64,000 nucleotides of DNA from an uncultured Chloroflexia bacterium (GCA_963728205.1 CAVSIV010000006.1:960001-1024000); one strand, 5' to 3'; numbered from the stretch's first letter, positions 9,301 to 22,840 are shown. Notes: generated by a model not told the origin, from the sequence alone. Program-made: numbers and translations.

Positions 9301-11979
9301 TTACCCCAGCTCCACGAGGCTCGCGCGCAGCCCGTCGAGCCGCCCCCGCGCCGTCGCGAGCCGCTCCTCCTCCTTCGCCACGACCGCGGCCGGCGCCTTC
9401 GCGCGGAACTGCTCGTTCCCGAGCTTCCGCTGCTGGCGCTCCACCTCGCCCTCGGCCTCGGCGATCTGCTTCCGCAGCCGCTCGCGCTCGACGTCGAGGT
9501 CGAACAGCCCGGCCATCGGCAGCACGACGCTGCCGACATCGAGCACGCTCGTCACGACCCCCTCGCTCGGCGTCTCGTCCGCCGACGCCACCACGTGCAG
9601 CGGACGTGCGCGCGCCAGCTGCTCGATCGCCGTCGCGAGCGCGGCCGCCGTGCCCGCGGCTTCGCCGCCCACCACGTACGCCTCCACCCATCGTCCCGCG
9701 TCGACGCGCTTCTCGGCGCGCACGTTGCGGATCGCGCGCACGAAGTCCTGCACCGCCGCCAGCTGGCGCTCCGCCTCCTCGTCCCGCACGCCTGCGCCGG
9801 GCCGCGGGTAGCGCGCCACGATCAGCGCGGTCGCACCCTCCGGATCCGGGTGCACCACCGTGAGCCGCTGCCAGATCTCCTCGGTGACGAAGGGGAGGAA
9901 CGGGTGCAGCAGCCGCAGGATCTGGTCGAGCACGTGCGCCAGCACGGGCAGCGGCGTGCGGTCCCCGGCGCGCACGCGCACCTTCGCCAGCTCGATGTAC
10001 CAGTCCGCGAACTCGTCCCAGAAGAAGTCGCGCGCCTGGCGCAGCGCCTCGGCCAGCTCGAACTTGCCGAGCAGCGCGTCGACGTCGCCGACCACACGCT
10101 CCAGCCGCGAGAGGATCCACCGGTCCTCGATCGCGCCTGTCTTGGCCGGTAACGACAGGTCATCGCCGTCCTCGACCATCATGATCGCGAACCGCGAGGC
10201 GTTCCACAGCTTGTTCGCCAGGTTGCGGCCCGCCTCGAGCCGGTCGTCGGTGAGACGCTGGTCGTTGCCCGGCGACGTCCCGGAGACGAGCGCGTAGCGC
10301 AGCGCGTCGGTGCCGAAGCGCTCCACGAGCGACAGCGGGTCGACGACGTTGCCCTTCGACTTCGACATCTTCTGGCCGTCGGGGGCGCGCACCAGGCCGT
10401 GCAGGTAGACGTGCTCGAACGGCACGACGCCGTTCATGTTGTAGAGCGACAGCATGATCATCCGGGCCACCCAGAAGAAGATGATGTCGTAGCCGGTCTC
10501 CATCACCTGCGTCGGGTAGTAACGGCGCAGCCACGCCGTCTCGTCCGGCCACCCCAGCGTCGAGTGCGGCCACAGCCCCGACGAGAACCACGTGTCGAGC
10601 GTGTCCTCGTCCTGCCGCAGCCCCTCGGCGCCGCAGTGCGCGCACGCCGTCGGGTCTTCGATCGCGACCGTGATCTCGTCGCAGGCGTCGCAGTACCAGA
10701 CCGGGATGCGGTGTCCCCACCAGATCTGGCGGCTGATGCACCAGTCGCGGATGTGCTCCATCCACTGCATGTACGTGCGCTCGAAGCGCTGCGGCACGAA
10801 CTGGATGCGGCCGTCGCGCACGGCCTCGATCGCCGGCCGCGCCAGCGCGTCGGTCTTCACCCACCACTGCAGCGAGATGATCGGCTCGACGATCGTGCCC
10901 GACCGCTGGCAGTGGCCGACCGAGTGCGTGTACGGCTCGACGCGCTCCAGGAGGCCGCGTGCCTCGAGGTCCGCGACGATCTTCGTGCGCGCCTCGAAGC
11001 GCGGCAGACCGCCGTACGGCTCCGCGGCGTCGTTCAGCGTCCCGTCGAGGTTCATGATGCTGATGATCGGCAGCCCGTGACGCTCGCCGATCTCGAAGTC
11101 GGTGGGGTCGTGGCCGGGCGTCACCTTCAGCGCCCCCGAGCCCGCCGCGATGTCGACCGCCGCGTCCGGGATGATCGGGATGGACCGACCGTTCGTGGGC
11201 ACGGCCACGCGCTTGCCGATCATGCCCGCGTAGCGCGGATCCTCCGGGTTCACGGCCACGGCCGTGTCGGCGGGGATCGTCTCCGGGCGCGTCGTCGCGA
11301 TCACGATGTGCTCGGCCGTCTCGTCACCGGCGTCGTCGAGCACCGGGTAGCGCACGTGCCAGAACGAGCCGGGCTCGTCGTCGTACTCGACCTCGAGGTC
11401 GCTGAGCGCCGTGCGGCAGTCGATGCACCAGTTGATCAGCCGCTCCCCGCGGTAGATCAGGCCGTCGTCGTAGAGGTGCTTGAAGGTCGTGCGCACGGAC
11501 CGTTCGCGGTGCGCGTCCATCGTGAACGCCTCGGCGCTCCAGTCCGCCGACGCGCCGAGCCGGCGGTGCTGCTGCGCGATGCGCGAACGCGACCGCCCGA
11601 CGAACTGCCATACGCGCTCGAGGAACGCGTCGCGGCCGATCTCGTGGCGCGTCAGCCCCTCGCGCGCGAGGTCGCGCTCGACGAGCGCGTTCACCGCGAT
11701 CGCGGCGTGGTCGACGCCCGGCAGCCACAGCGTGTCGTCGCCGCGCATGCGGTGCCAGCGCGTCAGCGCGTCCTCGATCGACACCGTGAGCCCGTGTCCG
11801 AGGTGCAGTTCACCGGTGAGGTTCGGCGGCGGCATGATGATGGTGAACGTCGGCCCGGAGCCGCTCGGCTTGAAGAAGCCGCTCTGCTCCCACCACTCGT
11901 AGAGGTGCTCCTCGACGTCGCGCGGCGTGTACGCCGTCGTCATCTCGCGCGGATCGATGTCGGCTTCGGGGGCGGTCAT
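9301..11979 (-). CDS. valS: valine--tRNA ligase
   Basis: PPPNLTGELHLGH, DWCISRQIWWGHRIP, KMSKSKGN, C-terminal coiled coil; start could be 12000, 11979 or 11943. Confidence 0.97.
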   Translation of the reverse strand: MTAPEADIDPREMTTAYTPRDVEEHLYEWWEQSGFFKPSGSGPTFTIIMPPPNLTGELHLGHGLTVSIEDALTRWHRMRGDDTLWLPGVDHAAIAVNALVERDLAREGLTRHEIGRDAFLERVWQFVGRSRSRIAQQHRRLGASADWSAEAFTMDAHRERSVRTTFKHLYDDGLIYRGERLINWCIDCRTALSDLEVEYDDEPGSFWHVRYPVLDDAGDETAEHIVIATTRPETIPADTAVAVNPEDPRYAGMIGKRVAVPTNGRSIPIIPDAAVDIAAGSGALKVTPGHDPTDFEIGERHGLPIISIMNLDGTLNDAAEPYGGLPRFEARTKIVADLEARGLLERVEPYTHSVGHCQRSGTIVEPIISLQWWVKTDALARPAIEAVRDGRIQFVPQRFERTYMQWMEHIRDWCISRQIWWGHRIPVWYCDACDEITVAIEDPTACAHCGAEGLRQDEDTLDTWFSSGLWPHSTLGWPDETAWLRRYYPTQVMETGYDIIFFWVARMIMLSLYNMNGVVPFEHVYLHGLVRAPDGQKMSKSKGNVVDPLSLVERFGTDALRYALVSGTSPGNDQRLTDDRLEAGRNLANKLWNASRFAIMMVEDGDDLSLPAKTGAIEDRWILSRLERVVGDVDALLGKFELAEALRQARDFFWDEFADWYIELAKVRVRAGDRTPLPVLAHVLDQILRLLHPFLPFVTEEIWQRLTVVHPDPEGATALIVARYPRPGAGVRDEEAERQLAAVQDFVRAIRNVRAEKRVDAGRWVEAYVVGGEAAGTAAALATAIEQLARARPLHVVASADETPSEGVVTSVLDVGSVVLPMAGLFDLDVERERLRKQIAEAEGEVERQQRKLGNEQFRAKAPAAVVAKEEERLATARGRLDGLRASLVELG

Positions 11980-12056
11980 CGGCGGCCTCGTGTCGTGCAT
12001 GTCGCATGGTGGCGCGCGGCGGCGGAGCGGTGTCGTGCCCCGCCGACGCGGGACAC

Positions 12057-12082
12057 GAAAACGCCCCGCTGAGCGGGGCGTT
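12057..12082 (-). terminator. attenuator/terminator hairpin in valS leader
   Basis: AACGCCCCGC-TCA-GCGGGGCGTT with the 3' end reading GCGUUUUC. Confidence 0.75.
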
Positions 12083-12132
12083 CGCGGCAGCGTTGAGTCG
12101 TCGTCCCGCGGGGGGGCGCGTCCTCGCTGCCG

Positions 12133-12165
12133 CTACCGTACTACGACGCGTGCGCTGATTCGCAT
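12133..12165 (-). CDS. Val-rich leader peptide MRISARVVVR
   Basis: ATG CGA ATC AGC GCA CGC GTC GTA GTA CGG TAG; three tandem Val codons between a promoter and a terminator upstream of valS. Confidence 0.75.
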   Translation of the reverse strand: MRISARVVVR

Positions 12166-12174
12166 CAGACGGCG

Positions 12175-12213
12175 ATCGTAGACGGGGCGATCCGGCGGGT
12201 CAACGCGACGCCT
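12175..12213 (-). promoter_or_regulatory. sigma70 promoter of valS leader
   Basis: TTGACC-N17-TACGAT, 9 nt before leader ATG. Confidence 0.7.
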
Positions 12214-12224
12214 CGGTGCGTCGT

Positions 12225-12704
12225 CTAGAACGGCAGCATGCGACGCAGGCGGCCGGGCCGGCTCGCGCGCGTCGCGCGCTCGCGCGCGCGCTTCGCGCCG
12301 CGCTCGATCTCGCGCCGGCTCGGCATCACGTGCTCGACGCGGTCGCGCAGCGCGTCGACGTCGACGCCCTCCAGCGACGAGGCTGCCTCGGCCGCCGCCG
12401 CCAGCTGCCGGCGCATCGCCTCGGCCGCGCGCTCGCGCCGCGACGGGCGCCGTCGCGACCGCGCGAAGAGCCAGCCGGCGATGCCGAGCGCGAGCAGCGC
12501 GGCGCCGCCGACGATCCACTTCATCGACGATCCGCGGCTGCCGGCGTCCTCCGCATCCCAGGTGTACGCGGAGGTTGGCTGCCCGTACGGCGGCTGGGCG
12601 CCCGGCTCACGCTCGTGCATCGCCAGGGCCTCGTCCGCCTGCGGCCCCTCGCCGGCCGCGTCCTCGTTCGGGACCGTGGGGCGGGATATGAACTGGTCGA
12701 CCAT
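12225..12704 (-). CDS. hypothetical single-pass membrane protein
   Basis: GGAGGT RBS before MVDQFISRP; one hydrophobic helix WIVGGAALLALGIAGWLF followed by a basic stretch. Confidence 0.65.
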   Translation of the reverse strand: MVDQFISRPTVPNEDAAGEGPQADEALAMHEREPGAQPPYGQPTSAYTWDAEDAGSRGSSMKWIVGGAALLALGIAGWLFARSRRRPSRRERAAEAMRRQLAAAAEAASSLEGVDVDALRDRVEHVMPSRREIERGAKRARERATRASRPGRLRRMLPF

Positions 12705-12865
12705 CGGGACCTCCCTTCGGCGAAACCGACTTCCAACGTACCACCCGCGCGTTCGCCCTCCGCGCGGAGTCGGTTCACCGCAGGCCGGGCAGGCCGTAGG
12801 CTCCGGCCTGCTCCGCACGGGCGGTCGCCCGGGCCGGACGGCAGCGCGAGCGAGGGGGAACGCAC

Positions 12866-13393
12866 ATGCTGACCAGGGGACTCGGCTACCCGGCGGTCAT
12901 CGTCCGCAACATGGAGGAGTCCCTCGACTTCTACCGCAAGCTCGGGCTGCAGTTCCTCTACCTCGAACCCAACCGCGACGACCCGGAATCGGTGCAGGCG
13001 CTCCTCGGCGCCGGCAACGGCACGTTCCTCCTGCTCATCGGCCCGGTCGATCCGAACCTCAAGCTCGCCGACGCGTCGCTCGGCGTCGGCTCGATGCAGT
13101 ACCTCACGTTCCAGGTGGACGGCGGCGCGATGGACCGCATGTTCGACGAGATGTCGCGCGCCGGTCTGCATGGCTCCGAGCAGATCGAGCGCGGCTACGA
13201 GCGGCTCGTGTTCATGGAGGATCCGAACGGCACGCTGATCCTGCTCACGGCCTGGGTGACCGAACCGCCGGCGGGCATGGACCGCGCGCGCATCCTCGCG
13301 CGCGCCGCCGCGTTCCGCGACGCCGACGGCACGCCGTTCGTCGAGGACTCCCACGTACGGCGCGCGATCGCGGAGCTGCAGGCGACGAGCTGA
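12866..13393 (+). CDS. VOC/glyoxalase family protein
   Basis: VRNMEESLDFYRKLGL...VFMEDPNGTLILL VOC signature; RBS. Confidence 0.85.
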   Translation: MLTRGLGYPAVIVRNMEESLDFYRKLGLQFLYLEPNRDDPESVQALLGAGNGTFLLLIGPVDPNLKLADASLGVGSMQYLTFQVDGGAMDRMFDEMSRAGLHGSEQIERGYERLVFMEDPNGTLILLTAWVTEPPAGMDRARILARAAAFRDADGTPFVEDSHVRRAIAELQATS

Positions 13394-13406
13394 GGAGCGC
13401 GCCCGG

Positions 13407-13766
13407 TCAGAAAGCGAACTTCACGGCCTGGCCGGCATCGAGCATCACCTGCGCGAAGTCCCGGCCATCGGGCAGGGTGATCGACCCGTCGAACCGGCCG
13501 CCGTACTTGTCCCATCCGTGACTCACTACCCGCACCCGCGCGCCGACCGGCAGCAGGTTCTGCGCGAACGCGAGCGACGCTCTGCCTGCCTTCGTGCGCA
13601 GCTCCGGCGCGTTGATGCCGAACACGCGGCATGCCAGGCGTGGGCGGTTATCGAGGTCGTGGCTCGAGATCAGGTGATCGAACCCGAGGTCGATCGACAG
13701 GTAGACGGTGTCGCCGTCGTGCACGAGATCGACACGCGCGGGGAATGGACCGAAGGTTTGCGGCAT
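13407..13766 (-). CDS. thermonuclease (SNase) family protein
   Basis: VHDGDT, RVFGINAPE, DKYGGRF motifs. Confidence 0.85.
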   Translation of the reverse strand: MPQTFGPFPARVDLVHDGDTVYLSIDLGFDHLISSHDLDNRPRLACRVFGINAPELRTKAGRASLAFAQNLLPVGARVRVVSHGWDKYGGRFDGSITLPDGRDFAQVMLDAGQAVKFAF

Positions 13767-13906
13767 CGAGGGTTCGCCGTTTCGCTGCGCTCCGGCCCTC
13801 GCCCTGTTCGCGCGGCATTATGCCACGCGCCCGCTCGGGGCCCCCTCGTGCCCGCGGCGGGCGCGCTCCTCGGATCGGACCTCACGCCCGGGCGGCGCGC
13901 GGCGGC

Positions 13907-15091
13907 CTAGCCCCCGATGCTCGCGCAGGCGTCGGTGCTCATCGCCACCGAATTCCCCACCACTGCCCAGTGGCCGTCGCGCGAGAAGAAGCCGGGCGCG
14001 GGCAGCACCGTCGTGTACTGCAGCGTCGACGGGTCGAGGACCGCGCGCGCCGCGCCGAGGTTGCCGCCGAGCGCGAGGCCCGGCACGCCCGCCGGCGACG
14101 GCGCCAGCGCCGTGGTGAGCGCGTCGAGCGTGCCGGCGGCGGGATCGTAGAGCAGCACGCGCGCCGCCGCGTCGGCGCACGCCGCGCGGTCGCCGATCGC
14201 GATGCGGCCGTCGTCGAGCGCGACCACGGGCGGCATGGCGCGCGGCGGCGCGTGCACGGTTGCCACGAAGATGGCGGCCGTCGCACCCGCGTCGATCCGG
14301 TAGACGTTGGCCGTCCCGCTCGAGTTGCGCAGCACCGCGAGCACCGACGGCCGGCCGTCGATCGCGAACACGAGCGACGCGTCGAACGCCAGTGCGGGAC
14401 TGCCTTCGTCGGGCACGAGCTGCCACGTGTAGAGCAGCGGGGCCTTCTTGCTGGCCGCGCCGCGCGCGAGCACGAAACCCGCGGGGTAGTGGGTGCGCAT
14501 CGCGTCGGTCGCGGGCTCGTCCGCCGCGGCCTTGCCCGTGGCGAGGCTGACGTCGTGCTGCGCGAGCTTGCCGGCGGCGAGTGTCGCCAGCCGCAGCGTG
14601 CCGCCGGGGCCGAAGCTCGCGGCCGCGGCGTCGCCGTACGACGTGCGACGCATCGTCGCGAGGTCGAGCACCCACACCTGGGAGTTCGCGACCTTGTTCG
14701 TCCCGGCGTCCGGGCCAACCTGCCACGTGAGGTGGGTGCCGTCGCTGCTGAACGGCATGCCAAAGCCGATCGCGCCGTCGCCGAGGTTCGTGGCCTTTCC
14801 GGTGCGCAGGTCGTAGAGCATCACCGAGTGGCCGTCCCACGCCGGGAACGTCGACGCCGGCGGCGCGGCCAGCGCGCGCGTGGTCGCGACGGTCGTGTCG
14901 GCGGGTTGGATCGAGAGGCCGGTCACGTCCTCCACCGGGCCGCTGTAGGCAGGCGCGTCCTGCGCGAGCGCGTACGGGGTCGGCGTTCCCGGGCCCGCAA
15001 GCGTGGCCGTGGCGGATGGTCGGCCGGAGCCGCATGCGGCAAGCAGGACCACGAGGGCAGCGGCCGGTGCCGCGAGGATGATTCGTCGCAT
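13907..15091 (-). CDS. hypothetical lipoprotein (possible beta-propeller)
   Basis: MRRIILAAPAAALVVLLAAC lipobox; beta-rich repeats with SSDG/SRDG turns. Confidence 0.7.
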   Translation of the reverse strand: MRRIILAAPAAALVVLLAACGSGRPSATATLAGPGTPTPYALAQDAPAYSGPVEDVTGLSIQPADTTVATTRALAAPPASTFPAWDGHSVMLYDLRTGKATNLGDGAIGFGMPFSSDGTHLTWQVGPDAGTNKVANSQVWVLDLATMRRTSYGDAAAASFGPGGTLRLATLAAGKLAQHDVSLATGKAAADEPATDAMRTHYPAGFVLARGAASKKAPLLYTWQLVPDEGSPALAFDASLVFAIDGRPSVLAVLRNSSGTANVYRIDAGATAAIFVATVHAPPRAMPPVVALDDGRIAIGDRAACADAAARVLLYDPAAGTLDALTTALAPSPAGVPGLALGGNLGAARAVLDPSTLQYTTVLPAPGFFSRDGHWAVVGNSVAMSTDACASIGG

Positions 15092-15277
15092 CGCAGGTTC
15101 CGTTCGGGCGCGCGCACGTGCGCCGGCTCGTGGGACGCGAGTGATCATCGACGCGCCGGACGCGCGCCTTCAGGGCGTCGGCGAATCGGCAGCTGCGCAC
15201 GGGGCGTACGAACCGGAAAGCGGACCGATCGCCGCCCATCTGCCGTCGCCCGCTAGTCTGGGCGAGGAGGCGCGCAC

Positions 15278-15799
15278 ATGCCCGACGCGAGGCTCCGCGT
15301 CGTCCGCGGCGACATCACGCGACAGCACGTCGACGCGATCGTCAACGCCGCGAATCGGTCGCTGCTGGGCGGGGGCGGCGTGGACGGTGCGATCCACCGA
15401 GCGGCCGGTCCCGAGCTGCTGGCGGAGTGCCGCCGGGTCGGCGGCTGCCCCACGGGCGAGGTGCGCGTGACCGCGGGCTACCGCCTGCCTGCCCGCTGGG
15501 TGATCCACGCCGTAGGCCCGGTGTGGTCGGGCGGCCGCGCCGGCGAGGACGCGCTGCTCGCCTCGTGCTACCGCAAGGCGCTGGAGGCGGCGGCGGCGGT
15601 CGGCGCACGCAGCGTCGCGTTCCCGTCGATCAGCACGGGCATCTACGGCTTCCCGCTCGACCGCGCCGCGCCGATCGCGGTGCGCGAGGTGCGCGCGTTC
15701 ATGGAGGGCGACCCCGGCGACGCGATCGACCGCGTGGTGTTCGTCTGCTTCGACGCGCGTACCGAAGAGGCGTACCGCGCCCTCGTCACCCCCGAGTAA
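15278..15799 (+). CDS. macro-domain O-acetyl-ADP-ribose deacetylase (YmdB-like)
   Basis: [42 protein letters not shown]; GAGGAGG RBS. Confidence 0.93.
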   Translation: MPDARLRVVRGDITRQHVDAIVNAANRSLLGGGGVDGAIHRAAGPELLAECRRVGGCPTGEVRVTAGYRLPARWVIHAVGPVWSGGRAGEDALLASCYRKALEAAAAVGARSVAFPSISTGIYGFPLDRAAPIAVREVRAFMEGDPGDAIDRVVFVCFDARTEEAYRALVTPE

Positions 15800-16051
15800 G
15801 TCGCCAGTGGCGGCAGACCACCCCGCAGTCGTCCGCGCGCCGCCAGACGCAGCGTCCGACCCTGCCGCTGCCCGAGCGCCCACACCGTCGTCCAGCCGCC
15901 TCTGCCCGAGCGCGCGCCGACGGATCGCGTGCCCGGCGCCACCCGATACGCGAGGAGGAGAACAGAGCGCGGCGAAACACAGCCGCGCGCTCGACCGGCC
16001 GTGGACAGACGGGACTCGCAGCGGCCCGCGTCGAGCCCGCGACACCCCGCG

Positions 16052-17227
16052 CTACCCGCGCGGCAAGCCGAGTCCGCGCTGCGCGATGATGTTGCGCTGG
16101 ATTTCCGACGTGCCGGCCGCGATCGTGCTGCTCACCGCGTTCATGTAGGCACGCGCGAACGCGCCGCCGAGCTTCGCGTGCGGCGACCCCGGCACCACCT
16201 GGCCGTCGAGGCCGAGCAGGTGCATCCCCGTACCCGCGATGCGCTGCGACAGCTCGGAGCCGTACAGCTTCGAGACGCTCGCCTCGTGGTTCGGGATCAC
16301 GCCCTGCGACTGCAGGTACGGGATGCGATACGCGACGTTGAAGCCCACTTGAAGTTCGATCCAGCGGTCGGCCAGCTCGAAGCGCGCGCTCGGGTTGCGC
16401 TCGAGCAGCGACGCGTCGCCCTTCGCCGCACCCACCAGCCGCTCGATGTTCCGCTTGCCGGCGGCGTACGCACCCACCCCCGAGCGCTCGAAGTCGAGCG
16501 CCGTCGCGACCTGGTACCAGCCGCGGTTCTCCGTGCCGACGAGGTTCTCCGCCGGGATGCGGACGTCCTCGAAGTAGACCTCGTTGAAGTTGTGCTCGCC
16601 GGCGAGGTTGGGCAGCGGGCGCACGCTGATGCCCGGCGCGTCCATCGGCACGACGAAGGTCGAGATCCCGCGGTGCTTCGGCGCGTTGGGGTCGGTGCGG
16701 GCGGCGAGCCAGCCCATGTTCGCGGTGTGCCCGCCGGAGGTCCAGATCTTCTGGCCGTTGATCACGTACTCGTCGCCGTCGCGCACGGCGCGCGTCTGCA
16801 GCGCCGCGAGGTCCGACCCGGCGCCCGGCTCGGAGTAAAGCGTGCACCAGATGTCGTCGCCGTTGGTGATGCGCGGGAGGTACTGCTCCTTCTGCTCGTC
16901 GTTGCCGTAGAGCATGATCGCCGGGCCGACCCACGCCACGCCCATCCCGCCGCCGCCCGGCATCGCCGAGTAGCTCGTCTCCTCGTTGTAGATGAGCTGC
17001 TGCATGTGGCCCGCGTCGAGCCCGCCGAACTCCTTCGGCCACGCCATCGCCAGCCACTGGCGGTCGGCGAGTGCCTTCGTCACGCGACGCGCCATCTCCG
17101 AGCGCTCATCGGTCTCGACGTCGCCCACGAACGAGCGGTCGGCCCAGTCGGCCGGCAGCTGCGCGTCCAGGAACCGGCGCACCTCGGCGCGGAATCGCTC
17201 TTCATCGGCGTTGAACTGGAAGTCCAT
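16052..17227 (-). CDS. acyl-CoA dehydrogenase family protein
   Basis: WCTLYSEPGAGSDLA, NGQKIWTS, TIAAGTSEIQRNII. Confidence 0.93.
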   Translation of the reverse strand: MDFQFNADEERFRAEVRRFLDAQLPADWADRSFVGDVETDERSEMARRVTKALADRQWLAMAWPKEFGGLDAGHMQQLIYNEETSYSAMPGGGGMGVAWVGPAIMLYGNDEQKEQYLPRITNGDDIWCTLYSEPGAGSDLAALQTRAVRDGDEYVINGQKIWTSGGHTANMGWLAARTDPNAPKHRGISTFVVPMDAPGISVRPLPNLAGEHNFNEVYFEDVRIPAENLVGTENRGWYQVATALDFERSGVGAYAAGKRNIERLVGAAKGDASLLERNPSARFELADRWIELQVGFNVAYRIPYLQSQGVIPNHEASVSKLYGSELSQRIAGTGMHLLGLDGQVVPGSPHAKLGGAFARAYMNAVSSTIAAGTSEIQRNIIAQRGLGLPRG

Positions 17228-17403
17228 CGCGGGCTCCTCGGGCTGCACACGGGAAAGACGTCGGCCGGGCACGCGGACCCGGCGAGACGGGCGAACCGGG
17301 GCGAATCTGATGGTCGCGCGAGGAGTGCCGCGTGGCCCCGCGCCCCCTGGTGGGGTGGATGGTACCATCCGGGCCGGTGAACAGAACTGCGCGGGGGCCC
17401 CAG

Positions 17404-18348
<945 letters not shown>

Positions 18349-18548
18349 CGAGCCCCGGCGAACGGCTCCGCGTCGGCGGGATGAGCAACCGCACCACCGA
18401 GCCGCGCCACCTCCCCCGCTCCCCACCCTCCGCGCGCACCCCACCCTCCGCGCGCTGACCCCCGCGAGCGGGTAGCCGCCGCCTCTCCGCTCGTTACACT
18501 GGTGCGACGGGGTTTTCCCCCCACCCACCCCCGTGAAACGGACATCAC

Positions 18549-21150
<2,602 letters not shown>

Positions 21151-21240
21151 CGACGTGCTGACGCGCTCCGCGTCCGGGCGAGCCGCCGGCAGGCTCCGGC
21201 GGCTCTCTCCATGCCCCGAGCGCCCGGCCGGGGCCCGCCG

Positions 21241-21784
21241 ATGATGAACTTCAACCTGCCGCCCGAGATTCTGGCTCGTCACGGGCGTGCCCGGCGCCGG
21301 CAAGAGCACCGTCGCGCGCGCCCTCGCAGCGCGCTTCGAGCGCGCCGCGCACGTCGAGGGCGAGGCGCTCTGGCGCCAGATCGTCAGCGGCGCCGCGTGG
21401 CCCGAGCGCGAGCTCGGGGGCGACTCCGAGCGCCAGTACGAGCTCTCGATTCGCAACCAGTGCCTGCTCGCGCGGTCCTACGCCGAGGCAGGGTTCCTGC
21501 CGGTGATGGACTTCGTCGTCGTCACGCGCTTCCACCTCGACGCTTACCGGCATTACCTGGCCGGCGGCGCGCTCCGCCTCGCCGTGCTCGCCCCGCGCGC
21601 CGAGGTCGTGACCGCGCGCGACGCGGCCCGCGCGAAGCCCGTCGGCGACCGCTTCGCGCACCTCGACGCGACCCTCCGCGCAGAGCTCGCGGGCCTGGGA
21701 GCCTGGGTCGACTCCAGCGACCTCGACGTGGCGGCAACGGTCGACGCGATCCTCGAACGGCGCAAGCAGGCGCTGCTGAAGTAG
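21241..21784 (+). CDS. P-loop kinase/AAA family protein (+1 frameshift near 21269)
   Basis: WLVTGVPGAGKSTVA Walker A; ATG at 21241 joins the frame if one T is removed. Confidence 0.7.
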
Positions 21785-21806
21785 TCCCCCGGTACAATGT
21801 CCATCT

Positions 21807-22589
21807 ATGCCTCCAGTGACCGCCGAACCCCGCGTGCAGTCGCGACGCCTGCGCATCCCGCGCGAAGGTCCGCTCGACCCGGAGCAAGCGGTCGCCGCAT
21901 TGCGCCGCGCGATCGAGCAGGGCGAGGACTGGTACCTCGCGTTGCTCACCGTGATCGGCCGCTGGAGCGCACCGACCGAGGAGGTCGACCGCGTTCCCTA
22001 CCGCTACCTGATCGCCGGCGAGGCATTTGACTGGCTGCTGCTCGCCCAGCGCCTGCTGTCGGAGGTCACGGACCTGGTCTCGCTGCGCGAGGTCGAGCGC
22101 CTGCTCGTCTTCGGCATCGCGCCGGACGGCGGCGATGAGGAAACGTTCGAGCAGGCGATCGGCGCGGCGAAGTACCGCGCGCACCTCAACTTCCAGTACG
22201 GCGTCGTCGTCGAGGAGCTGCTGCTCCTCACGGTCGAGCAGGAGCTGCAGAAGGCGGGCCGGCTCGTCGGGGCCGGGCAGCCGCAGCCGGACGTGCTCGC
22301 GTACGAGCATGTCTACGGGAAGACGCTCGAGGAGCTACAGGTTCTCTACTTCAGCGAGACGGACTGCACGCTCGGCGAGACCGTGAGCCAGCAGGAGCTG
22401 CAGGCATTCACGTACTGGTGCTCGAAGTACCGTGTCCGCGCCGGCGAGCCGGCGCGCGTGGCCTCGGACACGCGCAAGGCGGTCGCGCTGATGTCGCGGC
22501 TGGAGCGCGGACGCGCGCGGCTCGGCGGCCTCACGCCGGAGCGGCGCGTCGACCTGCGCGTGCGCCGCACCCGGCGCCGGCGCCGCTAG
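21807..22589 (+). CDS. hypothetical protein
   Basis: 260-aa ORF with coding-like codon bias; TACAAT -10 element 8 nt upstream. Confidence 0.75.
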   Translation: MPPVTAEPRVQSRRLRIPREGPLDPEQAVAALRRAIEQGEDWYLALLTVIGRWSAPTEEVDRVPYRYLIAGEAFDWLLLAQRLLSEVTDLVSLREVERLLVFGIAPDGGDEETFEQAIGAAKYRAHLNFQYGVVVEELLLLTVEQELQKAGRLVGAGQPQPDVLAYEHVYGKTLEELQVLYFSETDCTLGETVSQQELQAFTYWCSKYRVRAGEPARVASDTRKAVALMSRLERGRARLGGLTPERRVDLRVRRTRRRRR

Positions 22590-22691
22590 CCGCTCCCGCC
22601 GGTCGTCGCGCCGCGCGGATGCCCCTCCCGCCCTCATACGCTACGATCGGCTGGCCTCGCGGCCGCCTCCGGGCCGGTGCGCGACCGGCGA

Positions 22692-22766
22692 GCCGGTGTA
22701 GCTCAGTGGTAGAGCAGCTGTTTCGTAAACAGCAGGTCGAGGGTTCGAGTCCCCCCGCCGGCTCCA
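22692..22766 (+). tRNA. tRNA-Thr(CGT)
   Basis: GCCGGTG...AGCTCAGTGGTAGAGC, anticodon arm GCTGT-TTCGTAA-ACAGC, GGTTCGAGTCC, encoded CCA. Confidence 0.96.
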
Positions 22767-22840
22767 GCATCACCTCGCTCCGCCATCACCCCCTCGCGCC
22801 GCCGACCGGGTCGGCCCCGCCCTGCTGAACGGGAATCTCG

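Noticed and set aside
12001-12213. T-box riboswitch upstream of valS
   Set aside because: No T-box consensus (UGGNACC) antiterminator bulge, and the leader is too short for stem I; a leader-peptide model fits better.
15278-15799. Macro domain plus nearby nuclease as a DarTG-like defence system
   Set aside because: Housekeeping YmdB-type macro domain, no ADP-ribosyltransferase nearby, and the genes are not in an operon.
18421-18455. 17-bp tandem repeat CCCCACCCTCCGCGCGC x2 between prs and secA
   Set aside because: Only two copies with no spacers; not CRISPR, probably a local duplication.
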